A stretch of 53,477 nt of DNA, the filler included, from Dirinaria sp. TL-2023a (Eukaryota), in NCBI GenBank assembly GCA_051941275.1. It is 2 parts of 2 records of this genome, joined end to end, with 100 filler letters (N's around TTAATTAATTAA, not from the genome) between each part and the next. Parts side by side here need not be neighbours in the genome. Positions count along the whole stretch, not along the records: positions 1 to 26,696 come from JAVEBF010000157.1; 1 more part is not named here. One strand, 5' to 3'. Positions 12,588 to 23,965 of this stretch are shown piece by piece. The position numbers and the translations under genes were made by a program. Within the stretch, counting starts at the first letter, position 1. Each line of letters opens with the position of its first letter. Under the pieces are notes generated by a model. It saw only the letters and a program-made list of their open reading frames with translations, was not told the origin of the DNA and did no database searches.

Positions 12588-14479
12588 CTCAATGGTTTTC
12601 CGCGCTTGACCTATCTAAGCTCCTGGAGAAGCGGGTGATAGGCCTTGATGGGAACTGGTAAGATATTAACCTATCAAGCATTTAACGAAGAAGAAGACGT
12701 CGTGAAGAGACCCGCTAGAAGAATGCCTAATTGTCCTTCCAGAAATCTTCGGAACCTAAGGTCTTATTATTGGACGCAAAATAGATCAACCACTTTCGTA
12801 GGACTCAGAGATGGGGGAAGATACCCAGGTGGCATGCGCTGCTGCCTCATGCGCATCGTGAGGATTGCGCCTGTAGGGAACACAAATGCCCATTACTAAG
12901 TTACTCGCGCGTTCTGTAACGGAGATGAACAAATAGCGAGCCAATCACCGATATAATGCTGGCATCTGAAACTGCCACCTTGCTAAGTAGCTTAGTCCCT
13001 TGGTATTTTCTGTGACGAGCCATGCTGAATAATAGGCTTATAAGTACGGTGCTTCTAGTCGGAGCCTAGTGCAATATTGAAGCGGTTGAAGCGAAGGCTG
13101 AGAGGAACAGGTATATAGCCCAAGGCTATCTCGCGGTTGTCAAAATAATTCGGACACTTGATGCGCCAAGCCTCGCCCAAGGTGTCCGAATTATTTTGAC
13201 AACCGCAAGATAGCCTTGCAAAAGACCCCAAGCGTACGGTGTTGTCTCCATAATGTATTTGGTTCGAATTCTGGGAGATGTTGCCTATGAAATATTGGAG
13301 AGCGTGTGGAATCGCAACTTCGTCCTTTACCCTACCATTTACATCATTAAGCTTGGCAACAGATCGACGCATGGGCCGGCCCTTAGGGAACAAAGCTTAT
13401 GCTTCCAGGATACAATTTGGCAGGTTAAAGTCTAAAACGAGATGCAAACCAAACAAGAGGAACAGTTAAGATATCGATGATTGGCTGTCCGTAATAGGAG
13501 CCAAGGAACCTCAACGATGGAAAATAATAGATAATATTTGCTAGAAAAGTGCTCAACAAAGCTCGAAAACCTAAAACCAAAAATCGGTTAAGTTAGGGGA
13601 GATGACGACAAAAGTTTGGAATACTAGATGAGTTGCATGAATCGCCCTCTGTTGCTTCAGATTTGGCACGTTTCCAGCGTCTCGGTGCTGTCAGCAAATC
13701 CTTGATATGCTCTAGGTAGATCAGTCGTGAGTAAGGTAAGATACATGTAGATCGTCGCTCATGTCTACTTTAGGATAATGGTACCGTCAGCAAGGCCCGA
13801 AGGTGTGGCTCAGTCCATTAGCGTTATGCAACCGACTCTAGATGCCTTACCTTAGGTAAGGTACCTACCTACCTTGAGGTAAGTCGCATTCATACCTCTA
13901 GGCATATCGTCTGTAATCTTGCATAGCAAACTGATCGTCAGCGTAGATCGTCAATGGGAGGATTGCGCTGGTCTACGGTCGATGATTAGACCGAATTGAT
14001 CGAGAGCTGAGACGATCTATGCCAATCTACCGTAATGTTGCATAACAACGCGTTCCAGGTAAGGCGTTCAGCTTCAAAAGATCCGGCCATGCGTGGGACC
14101 CAATTTATACTTTATATTCTGATCCTACGAACTCGAGTACTACGCGTATGCTACGGGAACTATGCCTATGTAGGTATACTGAGGGCAATAGCTTCCCTTA
14201 GTGTGCGGCATAGCTATAATTCCCGCGGTACCAGGGACAATCACCTTCAGAACTACAACTCCTTCGGGATCGATGAATACTTTAGTCTTGAAGAGCGCGC
14301 GCGCATCGGACATGGATTGTTTAGTAGAAATATGTGATATGTATTTTCCTTTCATTCCGTTTGGTGCGCTGGGGTCCTGACTGTAGGCGTTCTTCCAGCC
14401 TTGTATTACGAAGAGCAACTAATGCGTGCCAAAGAAATTCGAGAAATTAGAATGTTCTTGTCTGATGCTGATCAACGAG

Positions 14480-15873
14480 ATGACTACCTTGCACTTCTCC
14501 TTCACGGAGCATATCCTGCCCTGTCAATACATCAGAGAATATCCCGGCGCGGTCAAGACCGACGATGCGCCTCTAAAACTAGCAATAAAAGAGTATCGGC
14601 CACTTGACAGTGTCAACATCGCAACAGACGCTGTAACCATCATCGCTACCCACGGCAACGGATTCCCCAAAGAAGTATACGAGCCTCTTTTTGATGATAT
14701 GTGGGAATGTATGGGAGGCAAGATTCGCAGCATTTGGTTCGCGGATTGCTCTCACCAAGGAGCTAGCGGCGTTCTGAACAGATGTATCCAAGGTGATGAT
14801 CGTACGTATATTTTATATTTTTCCAAAAAAAAAAAAAAAACAAAAAACTTTCTAATATGCCCGAAAATGCATAATCATTTCACTTACTTTGGCTACAGCG
14901 AACTGGTTCGATCATTCCCGGGATCTGCTGCACATGGTGAATCATTTCCGAAGTAGCATGCCGCGCCCGATTGTTGGCATCGCTCATAGCTTGGGTGCTG
15001 CGCAATTGTACAAGTCTTCGTACTTGAGAGCACTATAGAGGCTGATGGCGGCACAGGGTTTACCTATCTCTATGTCACCCTCGCCTGTTCCATAGTCTTG
15101 CTTTGATTGAGCCCGTCATTCAGCCTGACGAGCCTTTTGGCTCTAATGCCGCCTTGCCGAGCTCTTTGCGACGCGATGTCTGGCCATCTCGAAGTGTAGC
15201 CGAATTATCCTTTCGCAGAAATAGAGTCTTCAAGAATTGGGATCCTCGAGCTCTGGAACGTTATGTGAGGTACGGCCTACACGAGATACCGAGCTCCTCC
15301 AACCCTACTTTAATCACAGAAGCGCCCCACCCTGTCACTCTCACTACTTCAAAAACACAGGAGGTATGGACGTACATGCGCTCCAATTTTGTTCCTGTGC
15401 CGGATAGTCGTCAAGCACGGCTCGTCGCTCCAGATGTGGCGACCGAAAGCGCGGCACAGCTTTTCTATCGCCCTGAAATGATCCTCACGTTTCGGAACCT
15501 ACCAAGTGTGAGACCAAATGTCTTGTGGCTGTTTGGGGCCAAAAGTCATATAAATAGCTCTGAGGCGTCGCGAGTTGACAAAGTTGAGCGCACTGGAACA
15601 GACGTCGGTGGTAGTGGCGGTACTACGAGCGGGAGTGTGGAGAGTGTGGTCTTGGCCGAAGCAGGACATTTTCTACCTTTCGAATCAGTACGTGAGTGTG
15701 CCTCAGAGCTCGCGCCATGGATCGAAAGGCAAATCCAGGATTTCAAGACCGCGGAAGAGTTCCTGCGGAGTCACAATAGCGGTAAATCTGAACACGAGCA
15801 ACTGTCGAAACTCTGGCTGGAGAACGTGCGGCTGGGGTCACACGCAAGGAGGAATGACAAGTCGAGACTGTGA
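14480..15873 (+). CDS. Alpha/beta hydrolase (Abhydrolase_6; AflJ/MpaH-like) with C-terminal PTS1
   Basis: EHILPCQYIREYP...IIATHGNGFPKEVYEPL...DCSHQGASGVLN; nucleophile elbow AHSLG (~14982-14996); catalytic His in GHFLPFE; ends -SRL. Introns at ~14802-14899 and ~15008-15056. Confidence 0.88.
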
Positions 15874-17662
15874 AGGCCACTTGCATAGCTGCTACTCGGC
15901 CTTAGTGTTGCGAACATTCTACAGGCCTTGATACGATCACTCGAGGCCAACACTATATAACTTATATTGCAGACGTCAAGGGACATTATCCGTAGTTCAT
16001 TACTCTTACCAGAGCTTACATTTGGTGAGTACCTTATTATTATTGTACAGCCGAAGCGAAGTTGGCTTCCATTAGCGGCAAGCTTTCGAAAACCAGGGAC
16101 AATTTTCGAAGAAAGTAAATTGGAAAAGATATGACGAGGACTTCGATTGCCCAAATGCTTGACGGCATGAAACAAGTACACCTACCTAATTGTAGGCGAG
16201 AGGAGCAGATTGGAAGGAGGAAACGTAAAAATCGTTGCTCGTCTTCAGAGCTTGGGAAATCTCAGACTATGATGGTTTGATGAAGAGATATGACGCTGAC
16301 AACAGAATTCGCACTAATATAATATATTTTGACCTTAATAGCTGGATTCAAGAAAATTCTTACCTTATTTGTATGTATGTGTTTGCATCCTTAAGGTACG
16401 GAGACGGCTTTATAATCTTCAGCCAAGCCACCCCGCAATTCATTGGTCCCTTACAGCAGGTAGAAGTATGCGGTGGCATGACCCTAGGCTCAAAGCAGCC
16501 AATGCATAGAGCTGGAGGCTCAGCTTGAATGCTGAGCAATCCGTCCTCTTACTTGGCATTCAAGGCGTCTATGAATAATGCACGGAAATCGACGGATGGG
16601 CTAAAAAGCGCCGAGTGAATCATTGCTCTTCTAAGTTGCTGCAGCGTAGACGGAACGATAAGCTCAATGCTCCTTGATTGGTTCAGTAGGCTTTGTGGCT
16701 TTCATCCTTCGGATCAACATTTCTCCTGGCTCTGCTTTTTTCTTGATGCATAAGACCCGAATGGCGGTGGTGGTGGAGCTGGTGTCGGTGCAGAATCTGG
16801 CACGACCTACGGGGCGCAGATCATCGCTCTTCTAGCATCGGCCTTGAGAATGGAAGAATTACCGCCATCTTGATCAAAAAACCGCCGACATGCTCCACTT
16901 AGCAACACTGAGGGGCCGTTGTGCTCGGTCTGTCTTGGTTCTGCTTCACGAGTCAAGAATAATTGGATGCTGACTGTTCTGGCTATTCGTGAGTCGTGTC
17001 ACCCAGAATGGAGTTGACTTACTTACTTTTCCAGATTGATAGCGGCTGAAGAAACTTGGTCAATTGGGGATGAGCATAGCGAGCATGTACAGAGGACCAC
17101 AATGCTGCTAGTGGGATCGACAGCGAGTCGCACAAGAGACCATGCTATCCAAAGTTATTACCCGGACACCAACTTGCTACCTGAAGTGCAGCTGTGATGG
17201 CTGGAACGCAAATGCAGTCACATTAGACCACACAGTCTTGGCATACATACATTGCGCTAGCCACGACTTTGATTCTCCGTACTGCAACAGCAAGATCAGA
17301 AATGATGATGATTGGAGATGCATAACTTATGGTGTGCGGAGAAAATACCCCGTACTCCGCGTCATTGTCCTATCTGTCAGCAATTAATCCTGGCAAGCAG
17401 TCGCATATCCCTATCATTAGGTGCTTACGGCCGATCAGCGGCTGACTCATGTTAAAAGCTCCGAACGACCTTACGAGCGAGTCCGTAGACTGGAATCAAA
17501 CACCTGCTCATTTGCTACATGGCATCGTTCCTCGACTCCCTCCTGGTTTTACGGGCTCCTTGATTGATACTGATGGCGCTCCGCCAGGACAAGAAACCCT
17601 GCTAGGATCATTGTCACCGTGGCCATCTCTACGTTGGGAAGCCTACGGACAAGCAAGGAGCG

Positions 17663-18997
17663 ATGGGATCAAAGGAGATCACGTATCATCAGCATTTGAT
17701 AATAGGTGTCACAACCTTCACTGAGATCCTCGGCATTACGTCGTATGGTCTACGCTTATTATCACGGCATTTATCAAGGTCTGGCTTGTGGTACGATGAC
17801 TACGTGATGGGCATTGGCTTGGTCAGTAGTCGGCCGACAAGACAAGAGCTTCAAAGATGAAATACAGGCTCATGAGAAATAGATCTTCGCGTCCATTCCT
17901 GGAATATGTAATCTTGTTGGTAAGCGGGGGACGTTTCATTTCTCAACCATCAAGGGACATGCTAAAGCTCACAGGCCTCAGATATGGACTGGGCAAACAC
18001 GTGTTCGAGAACGATGAAGAAGCCACGAAAAATTTCCTAATCGTTAGTACTCTAGTCAGTACGACAGCCATCAGATCGTGACAAGCTTATCAGGAGATAG
18101 TGCTTCTACGTCCTGCAATTGAGTTACGTGTCTACTTTGCCAACAGTCAAGATCGCAGTATTGCTGTTCTACCGTCGGATATTCCCCTCAAAAGCTTTCC
18201 GCTGGGCTCTATACTTGATCGGGACCTTCTTGTTACTCTTTCTTCTCAGCAGCTTGCTCACATCTGCGCTTCAATGTCTTCCAGTTTCCAGCTTTTGGCA
18301 GCCTAGTGTGAAACACCACTGTATCGACCAAGTGAGATTCTATATTGCGCAGGGAAGCTTGAATTTCGTATCCGATCTTTTTGTGGTTCTGATGCCAATG
18401 CCGCTTCTTTGGCGGCTGCATCTGCCTGCAGGTCGCAAGTGGAAGCTCCTTGTTCTTTTTCTCCTTGGTGGCTTGTAAGTCTAGCTCCGACAATGCAAAA
18501 TGTTGTGCAGTTAATAATTCGTTGTTCGTAGGGCCTGCGCAGTGAGTTTAGCCCGGATCGTTTCTCTCCAAGGAGTCGATCCAGAAGATATCACATGTGA
18601 GCCACCTCTCATCTCTAATCGACGCAACCCAAGATTCCATAATTACTGACCTATCAAAGGGTCAAACGTAGATCCAGGCCTATGGAGCACCTCCGAAGCA
18701 GGAGTTGTCGTTCTGAGCGCCAACCTTCCATCGATGAACCCAATTTTCAAGCGCTTGCACCCCAAGTCCCTATCGCATGCTAAATATACACCTAAAGACG
18801 AGGAGAGCAGCCATATCTTGGAATATCTCGACTTGAGCGGGCACAAGACTGAGCGTGGAGTAAGCGCAAGCGTTCAGCGCACAGGTCTGTCCACAACCGC
18901 TGTTCACACCGTAGATAATGGCAAGACTGCTTCTACATTACCGGATAATGGAATCTTGGTTGAAATGGGCTTAGAGCAAAGCGTGCGAAGTATGTAA
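17663..18997 (+). CDS. PTH11-like / fungal rhodopsin-domain integral membrane protein
   Basis: LRLLSR...LWYDDY, YGLGKH, VKIAVLLFYRRIF, QCLPVSSFW, LNFVSDLFVVLMPMPLLWRLHLP...KWKL, EAGVVVLSANLPSMNPIF; several short introns. Confidence 0.88.
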
Positions 18998-19809
18998 ACG
19001 AAGAATCTTTGTAGAATAGACTTTATCACCTGTGTGGACTGGAGTCGATTTCGCAGAGTATAGCTATGAAAGCGCCTCACTAAAAGCGGTAATCAAGATA
19101 GTGGATCTAACTCATGTCATCAAATGACGATATGATCACGCCCCCCTTTAATCTTTTCTTTTCTTGTTTTTTTTTTTTTTTTCACTTTCTTTTCTCTTCT
19201 TTTCTCTTCTTTTCTTTCCCTTTCTTTCTCCTTCTTCTTCCTGCCAGCTTGCGAGCTGTTTCAGGCATACTGCCAAGATGGGAAATTCCATCAGCTACAA
19301 TGTATCGCTTGAATAAGAATTCGTTTAGACAGCATTATGAAGATCTAAGAAAAAAAAAAAAAGAATTCAGCCAAGATTACCTAGTAAAAACATTGCACCA
19401 CTCGGCTGCAAAAAAATTTCTCGCCCTAACACATGCACACACTCATATGCATAGCCTCTCCGCTCTTTAACATGACTGCTCTCAAACAATGACCCTACCC
19501 CTGGCACTCTCCAATCTGAGGCTCATAGTGCGACTCGATTATACAAACCTGTCCAAGTACGGCTGCAGGTTGGGAAAGCGACAATTGGGCTCAACCGCCC
19601 AAGTTGGTACATTCTGGCCTCCAATAATTGCAATTTTGTCTCAAGGCCGCGACTTACAAACAACTCTCGATTTCAAAAGATCGAGACCATGCCGAACTGG
19701 GAGAGATGATTGACTTTCAAGCCATCTCTATTCATGAAGAGTGCTGCAGGAAGTGGGCGAAGGGGATGCAAGTAAAATGAATTTGCGCAAAAAAAATCCA
19801 AAGAGATTT

Positions 19810-19883
19810 GACCCGAGTCAAGTATCGGTTCTGTGATCTTTGGATTATGAGTCCAACGCTCTTACCAACTGAACCACTCAGGT
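19810..19883 (-). tRNA. tRNA-Met(CAT)-like gene with disrupted T-arm (probable pseudogene)
   Basis: Minus strand: ACCTGAG TG GTTC AGTTGGTAA GAGC G TTGGA CTCATAA TCCAA AGATC ACAGA ACCGATA CTTGA CTCGGGT C. Acceptor, D and anticodon stems pair. The T-stem is mismatched and the loop lacks TTCGA. A T-run (Pol III terminator-like) lies ~14 nt downstream. Confidence 0.8.
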
Positions 19884-20076
19884 GGAATTCACCAAAAATT
19901 TGATGAATACTTGGTACTAGAACGTGGCTATGCTGTGAGGCATTCGAGCCATGGCAATGTTACGCCAATTCTTGACGTTCTGAAAGAATTAATGACTTAA
20001 CCCGCAATACTCAATATCGATTGATAAAGAAAATTCACTTCATTATTGACGGGAAAGCAATATCTGATTATTTTGT

Positions 20077-20265
20077 TGGAAATAGCATTGACTATTGGAA
20101 ATCTATCTGAGGTCATAACCAGGTGCCTATATAGGCATTAGGTGTTCGCCTACCTGGTTGCCAAAATGACAAAGATAATGAAAGAAATCAAAGAAATCTA
20201 TCTAGCATGCAAACATCATGCAACCTATGGCATCATGCAACCTATGGTAAGGATGATTTCCAACA
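20077..20265 (+). repeat. Left arm of long inverted repeat (partner 22914-23126)
   Basis: tggaaatagcattgactattggaaatctatctgaggtcataaccaggtgcctatataggcattaggtg...aaagaaatctatctagcat matches the reverse complement of ~22996-23126 with few differences. A second block, cctatggtaaggatgatttccaaca, matches 22914-22938. Confidence 0.95.
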
Positions 20266-20818
20266 TATTTCACCCTGGGTAAGGATGCTTCGGGGAAACG
20301 GTCCATTTATGGTAGATTGCGGAATATCATTTGGTAGGTTTATCTCTGTACTCGAATCTGAAGGTAGTCATCATCGCGACACTTCACGGCTTCTGCAACT
20401 AGAGGGATCAGTTACCTGAGTCGCGGTCAATATCCTCAGATCATGCGTAGATCATCGCTGGGTCAAACCATTGGACTTATGAAGCATTGATGACTGCTTC
20501 GAGGCGTGACCTGGCCTGAGAATCCAGAACAGAGATTTTCGATGCCCGCAGAAGCGAATAGTATTGATCCGTACAGATTAATGTAATGCCATCAGCTACC
20601 TTTTTATGCCTGTAAAAGTCTGAAGGCGAATGCCGGCGAAATCTCGGGCCGAAGAAAAGACTTGATGTAATCACGTGATTAGATTTCCATGACCACGAAA
20701 CAGCGCCCACAGGATCTGCAATAGGTCTGATAACTATTCGTGACTTATTGAGATTTGACACGAAAGTGCTCGAGCGGGCTAAGACGGCTCTCCATGAACG
20801 TTTACAAGTGCTGGAAGA

Positions 20819-21577
20819 ATGGACGTTTCGTCTTGCAAGCGCAAAACAATTCCAGATTTCTTCTTACCGAACCCAAAGCGGACTGCTATCGATCGAACGC
20901 TTTCCAATCACTGTAAAAACAGCAGTACTGGAGAAGCTGCTGTCGACTGTGTTCCCGGTCTGACTCTTTGGCCAGACTTCATCAGCAAGGCTGAAGAGTA
21001 TAATATCTTGAACTTCCTCAATGACACTCGTAAATGCACCTGGCGCACCGACCTCAGCCGTCGAACAATGCACTTTGGTGGGACATACTGCGTTATGCCT
21101 TCCAAATCTGCTGGTGAGTTGGTGAACTCGAAACCGCAAGTCGTGCAAGCTCCGGCAATGCCTACGGAGCTATCCTAGCTCATCCAGCGTATGGTCGAGA
21201 GTTCCATTTTCCAAGCTGACAAACGGCCTCAATACTGCTTTATCAACGAGTATATCGGCTCGCAAGGCATATCAGCGCATACGGAGAATTTCGAATTTGG
21301 AGAGCCGGTGATAGGCCTCAGCTTACTGTCGCCGTCTTCCATTCGATTTCACGAGTTGTGTAAGCCATACGATGGGTCTGTGAGGAGTGGAAAAGCAGCG
21401 AAGGCAGAAAAAACTGGCAAGAAAGTTGATGTGACGTTGCCAGGAAGGAGTCTATTAATAATGAAAGGGGACAGTCGGTGGAAATGGCAGCATGAGATCT
21501 TGAGAAGCAAAAGGGGGAGGGGCTCCGGGTGGAAAAGAGTTAGTCTGACATTTCGATACAAAAGGGATTGGGACTAG
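20819..21577 (+). pseudogene. AlkB-family Fe(II)/2-oxoglutarate dioxygenase interrupted by one in-frame TAG
   Basis: ORFs 20819-21178 and 21191-21577 share a frame, split by TAG at 21176-21178, with no intron signals there. Motifs: PGLTLWPDFIS, RRTMHFG, INEYIGSQGISAHTE, GLSLLS, LPGRSLLIMKGDSRWKWQHEI, RVSLTFR. Confidence 0.85.
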
Positions 21578-22130
21578 CAATCCCTTACTACTCACACACT
21601 GTGATAGAAAGGCGAGAAGTAGGACTCCTGCATTGCAAAGGATCCATATGCCTGGAATTAGCTTCTTGCCTGGAAAGCCGGAAACCAAATCGGAGAATCA
21701 CGCTTGAGTTCGACAGTTCGTTACAATGCAAGTCCTTTTTATCAGAAGCTCTGCAATGCGAGGCAATTTTTAGCTTCTTGGGCCGCCCTTGCCAGCAAAC
21801 CAGAGAATCTCCAAAGCGCATGAATGTGTCTTACTACCAGTGTCAATTGAAAAGTGTTAGTCACTCTGACATGCTCTGACAAAAATTGTACAAATGAAGC
21901 CAGAGAGGCTAAGAGCTACTTAGCAAACATCCTGCATGCCCTTTGAGGTACTTTTTAATGTCTCGCAGCCGTCAAAGAATCTTTCTCAGCAGTTTGTCTC
22001 ACCAGCAAGAATAGTGCCCAAAATATAAAGAGCCTATCCTACCTACTCTACTATCTCACCACAAACTGAATTCCTTGCGGTACCATCTTACTTGTCGACT
22101 GTTACTCAGATTCTGATACCTCCCAGCAAC

Positions 22131-22799
22131 ATGGGCAGGTTTTACCGATGTGCCAACTGCAACAAATCCGAGAACGAACTGTCCGGGCCTCTACTTCTTT
22201 GCAGCCCCTGTCACTCAGTCCGGTACTGTAGCAAGGCTTGCCAGAAGGATCACTGGGAAGCTCACATAGTAAAATGCTTCGCGGAATGGGGACCAGCTAC
22301 TCCACCAAATCCTTATCCTTCCGACCGTTTACCCGACCTCATTCCTTGCGAAGATGATCGAGACACGGAGGAGCCCTTACTAGCCCGATCTCCGTATGGG
22401 CTTCCCTGTCTGCCCAGTGAATCAGGTCGTTACGCTAAGGAATGCCTTTATCTGTTCCTCATACGACTGCGGACGAGTGATTGGTCTGAAACTCTTTGTG
22501 CCTTCCACCATCTGTTCCCGCACCATTTAACAGCCTTTGCACTCGAAAAGATTTCAACGGAAAGCCATCTTCGCTCGCTGTGGAAGGGCCAGACATACTT
22601 CCCTACCAATCCGGCTGCCATGAGGGCGAAAGCCCAAGCCCTGAAACATATTGGAGAAATATTCCGTGGAGTAGGATCAGAGGCTGGCCAGACTTTCGGC
22701 TTGGTCGCAGTGGAAAAGCTGCTGCAGGACACCTTGGACAAAGCGGGTATTGGTCTCGGTCGCAACGTGCAACGACTGCCTGAACCGTTCGAGTTATGA
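22131..22799 (+). CDS. MYND-type zinc finger protein
   Basis: CANC-x13-CSPC-x4-YCSKACQKDHWEAHIVKC at the N-terminus; intronless ORF; TATAAA-like element at ~22024. Confidence 0.85.
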   Translation: MGRFYRCANCNKSENELSGPLLLCSPCHSVRYCSKACQKDHWEAHIVKCFAEWGPATPPNPYPSDRLPDLIPCEDDRDTEEPLLARSPYGLPCLPSESGRYAKECLYLFLIRLRTSDWSETLCAFHHLFPHHLTAFALEKISTESHLRSLWKGQTYFPTNPAAMRAKAQALKHIGEIFRGVGSEAGQTFGLVAVEKLLQDTLDKAGIGLGRNVQRLPEPFEL

Positions 22800-22913
22800 A
22801 ACGTATGTATGGCACTTCTCCATGTTCGAGCTGATCAGCGATGGGCGATTTCTATGGGTCTGGTCTGTGGCTGGTCTTTCGGGGTCTTACTGGTCACGGA
22901 GACGATACGTGAG

Positions 22914-23126
22914 TGTCGGAAATCAGCCTTACCATAGGGCTGAACCGAGGTTTGGCCGATGCATGTGATGTTTACTATGATGTTTACTACCATGTATGCT
23001 AGATAGATTTCTTTGATTTCTTTCATTATCTTTGTCATTTGGCAAACAGGTACGCAAACACCTAATGCCTATATAGGCACCTGGTTATGACCTCAGATAG
23101 ATTTCAAATAGTCAATGCTATTTCCA
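22914..23126 (-). repeat. Right arm of long inverted repeat (partner 20077-20265)
   Basis: atgctagatagatttctttgatttctttcattatctttgtcattt...cctaatgcctatataggcacctggttatgacctcagatagatttcaaatagtcaatgctatttcca is the reverse complement of the left arm. Confidence 0.95.
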
Positions 23127-23965
23127 GCAGTGAGCTCGCCATACCTTTCTGAAACTGGAAACTCTTGGCCCCGGAATCCATAGGCGTTTCATATCATTCA
23201 ACTGCATGTTCTAATGTACTGAATGTACTTCAAAAATGCTTTAACCGCACAATATGATGCTGCTCATTGTTGCTTGTTACTGGTCACTGACCTTACTGTT
23301 CGGCTCGGAAGTTTGGTCAGCGCTTAGGGCTTCGCTTAGGTCACCTGACCTTTCTCATTTCCCGCGCTTCTCTGATCTTCGAAAGAGCATTCCATATACT
23401 GATGGAAACTTCATTCTTTCACTTGTATTGGAGGCTCACACCGCAGGCAGACTTGGTCATCTCAACACCCTGCCGCTTCTAGTGGCTTTAACATTTGCTT
23501 GCCGTGATCATGTGGAGCTTTGTGGTAAGGAAATCCGAGGCACGATCACAATTGAGCCTTGCTAACCGAAATGAACAGTGTTATAGTCGATGCTATTGTC
23601 CGAAATCCCACAATACGAGGACCCACTCACAACATCGTTCCCTTTATAAACCCACGGTGTCGTTCTTATTTTCCTTTGTCCTCAATCCTAAGCGCTCGCA
23701 CTAGTTGCAGATCTCGCACACAGTGGAAAGTGTCAAGGCCTTCTTCTATACTATATAATCCTCCTCCTTCTCTTCTTCCTCTTCCTTCTTTTTCTTCTTC
23801 TTCTTCAACAACCTTTGTACCGTGCTCTCTCCTGCGATTTGGCTTCTTGCTCGCTGCAGACACAGACTTGGCCAGTTTATTGCTACGTCAATACCATTTC
23901 GCTCTTGAACTTCTGGCTCCGACCATCCCCCTTGCTCCTCGATTTCAGATAGGCCTATACGCAAG

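Noticed and set aside
12900..13620. Fragmentary coding-like sequence (e.g. IDDWLS)
   Set aside because: Multiple stops and no diagnostic motif; cannot assign a family.
16200..17400. Short ORFs and a Pro-rich minus-strand fragment
   Set aside because: No coherent gene model or motif.
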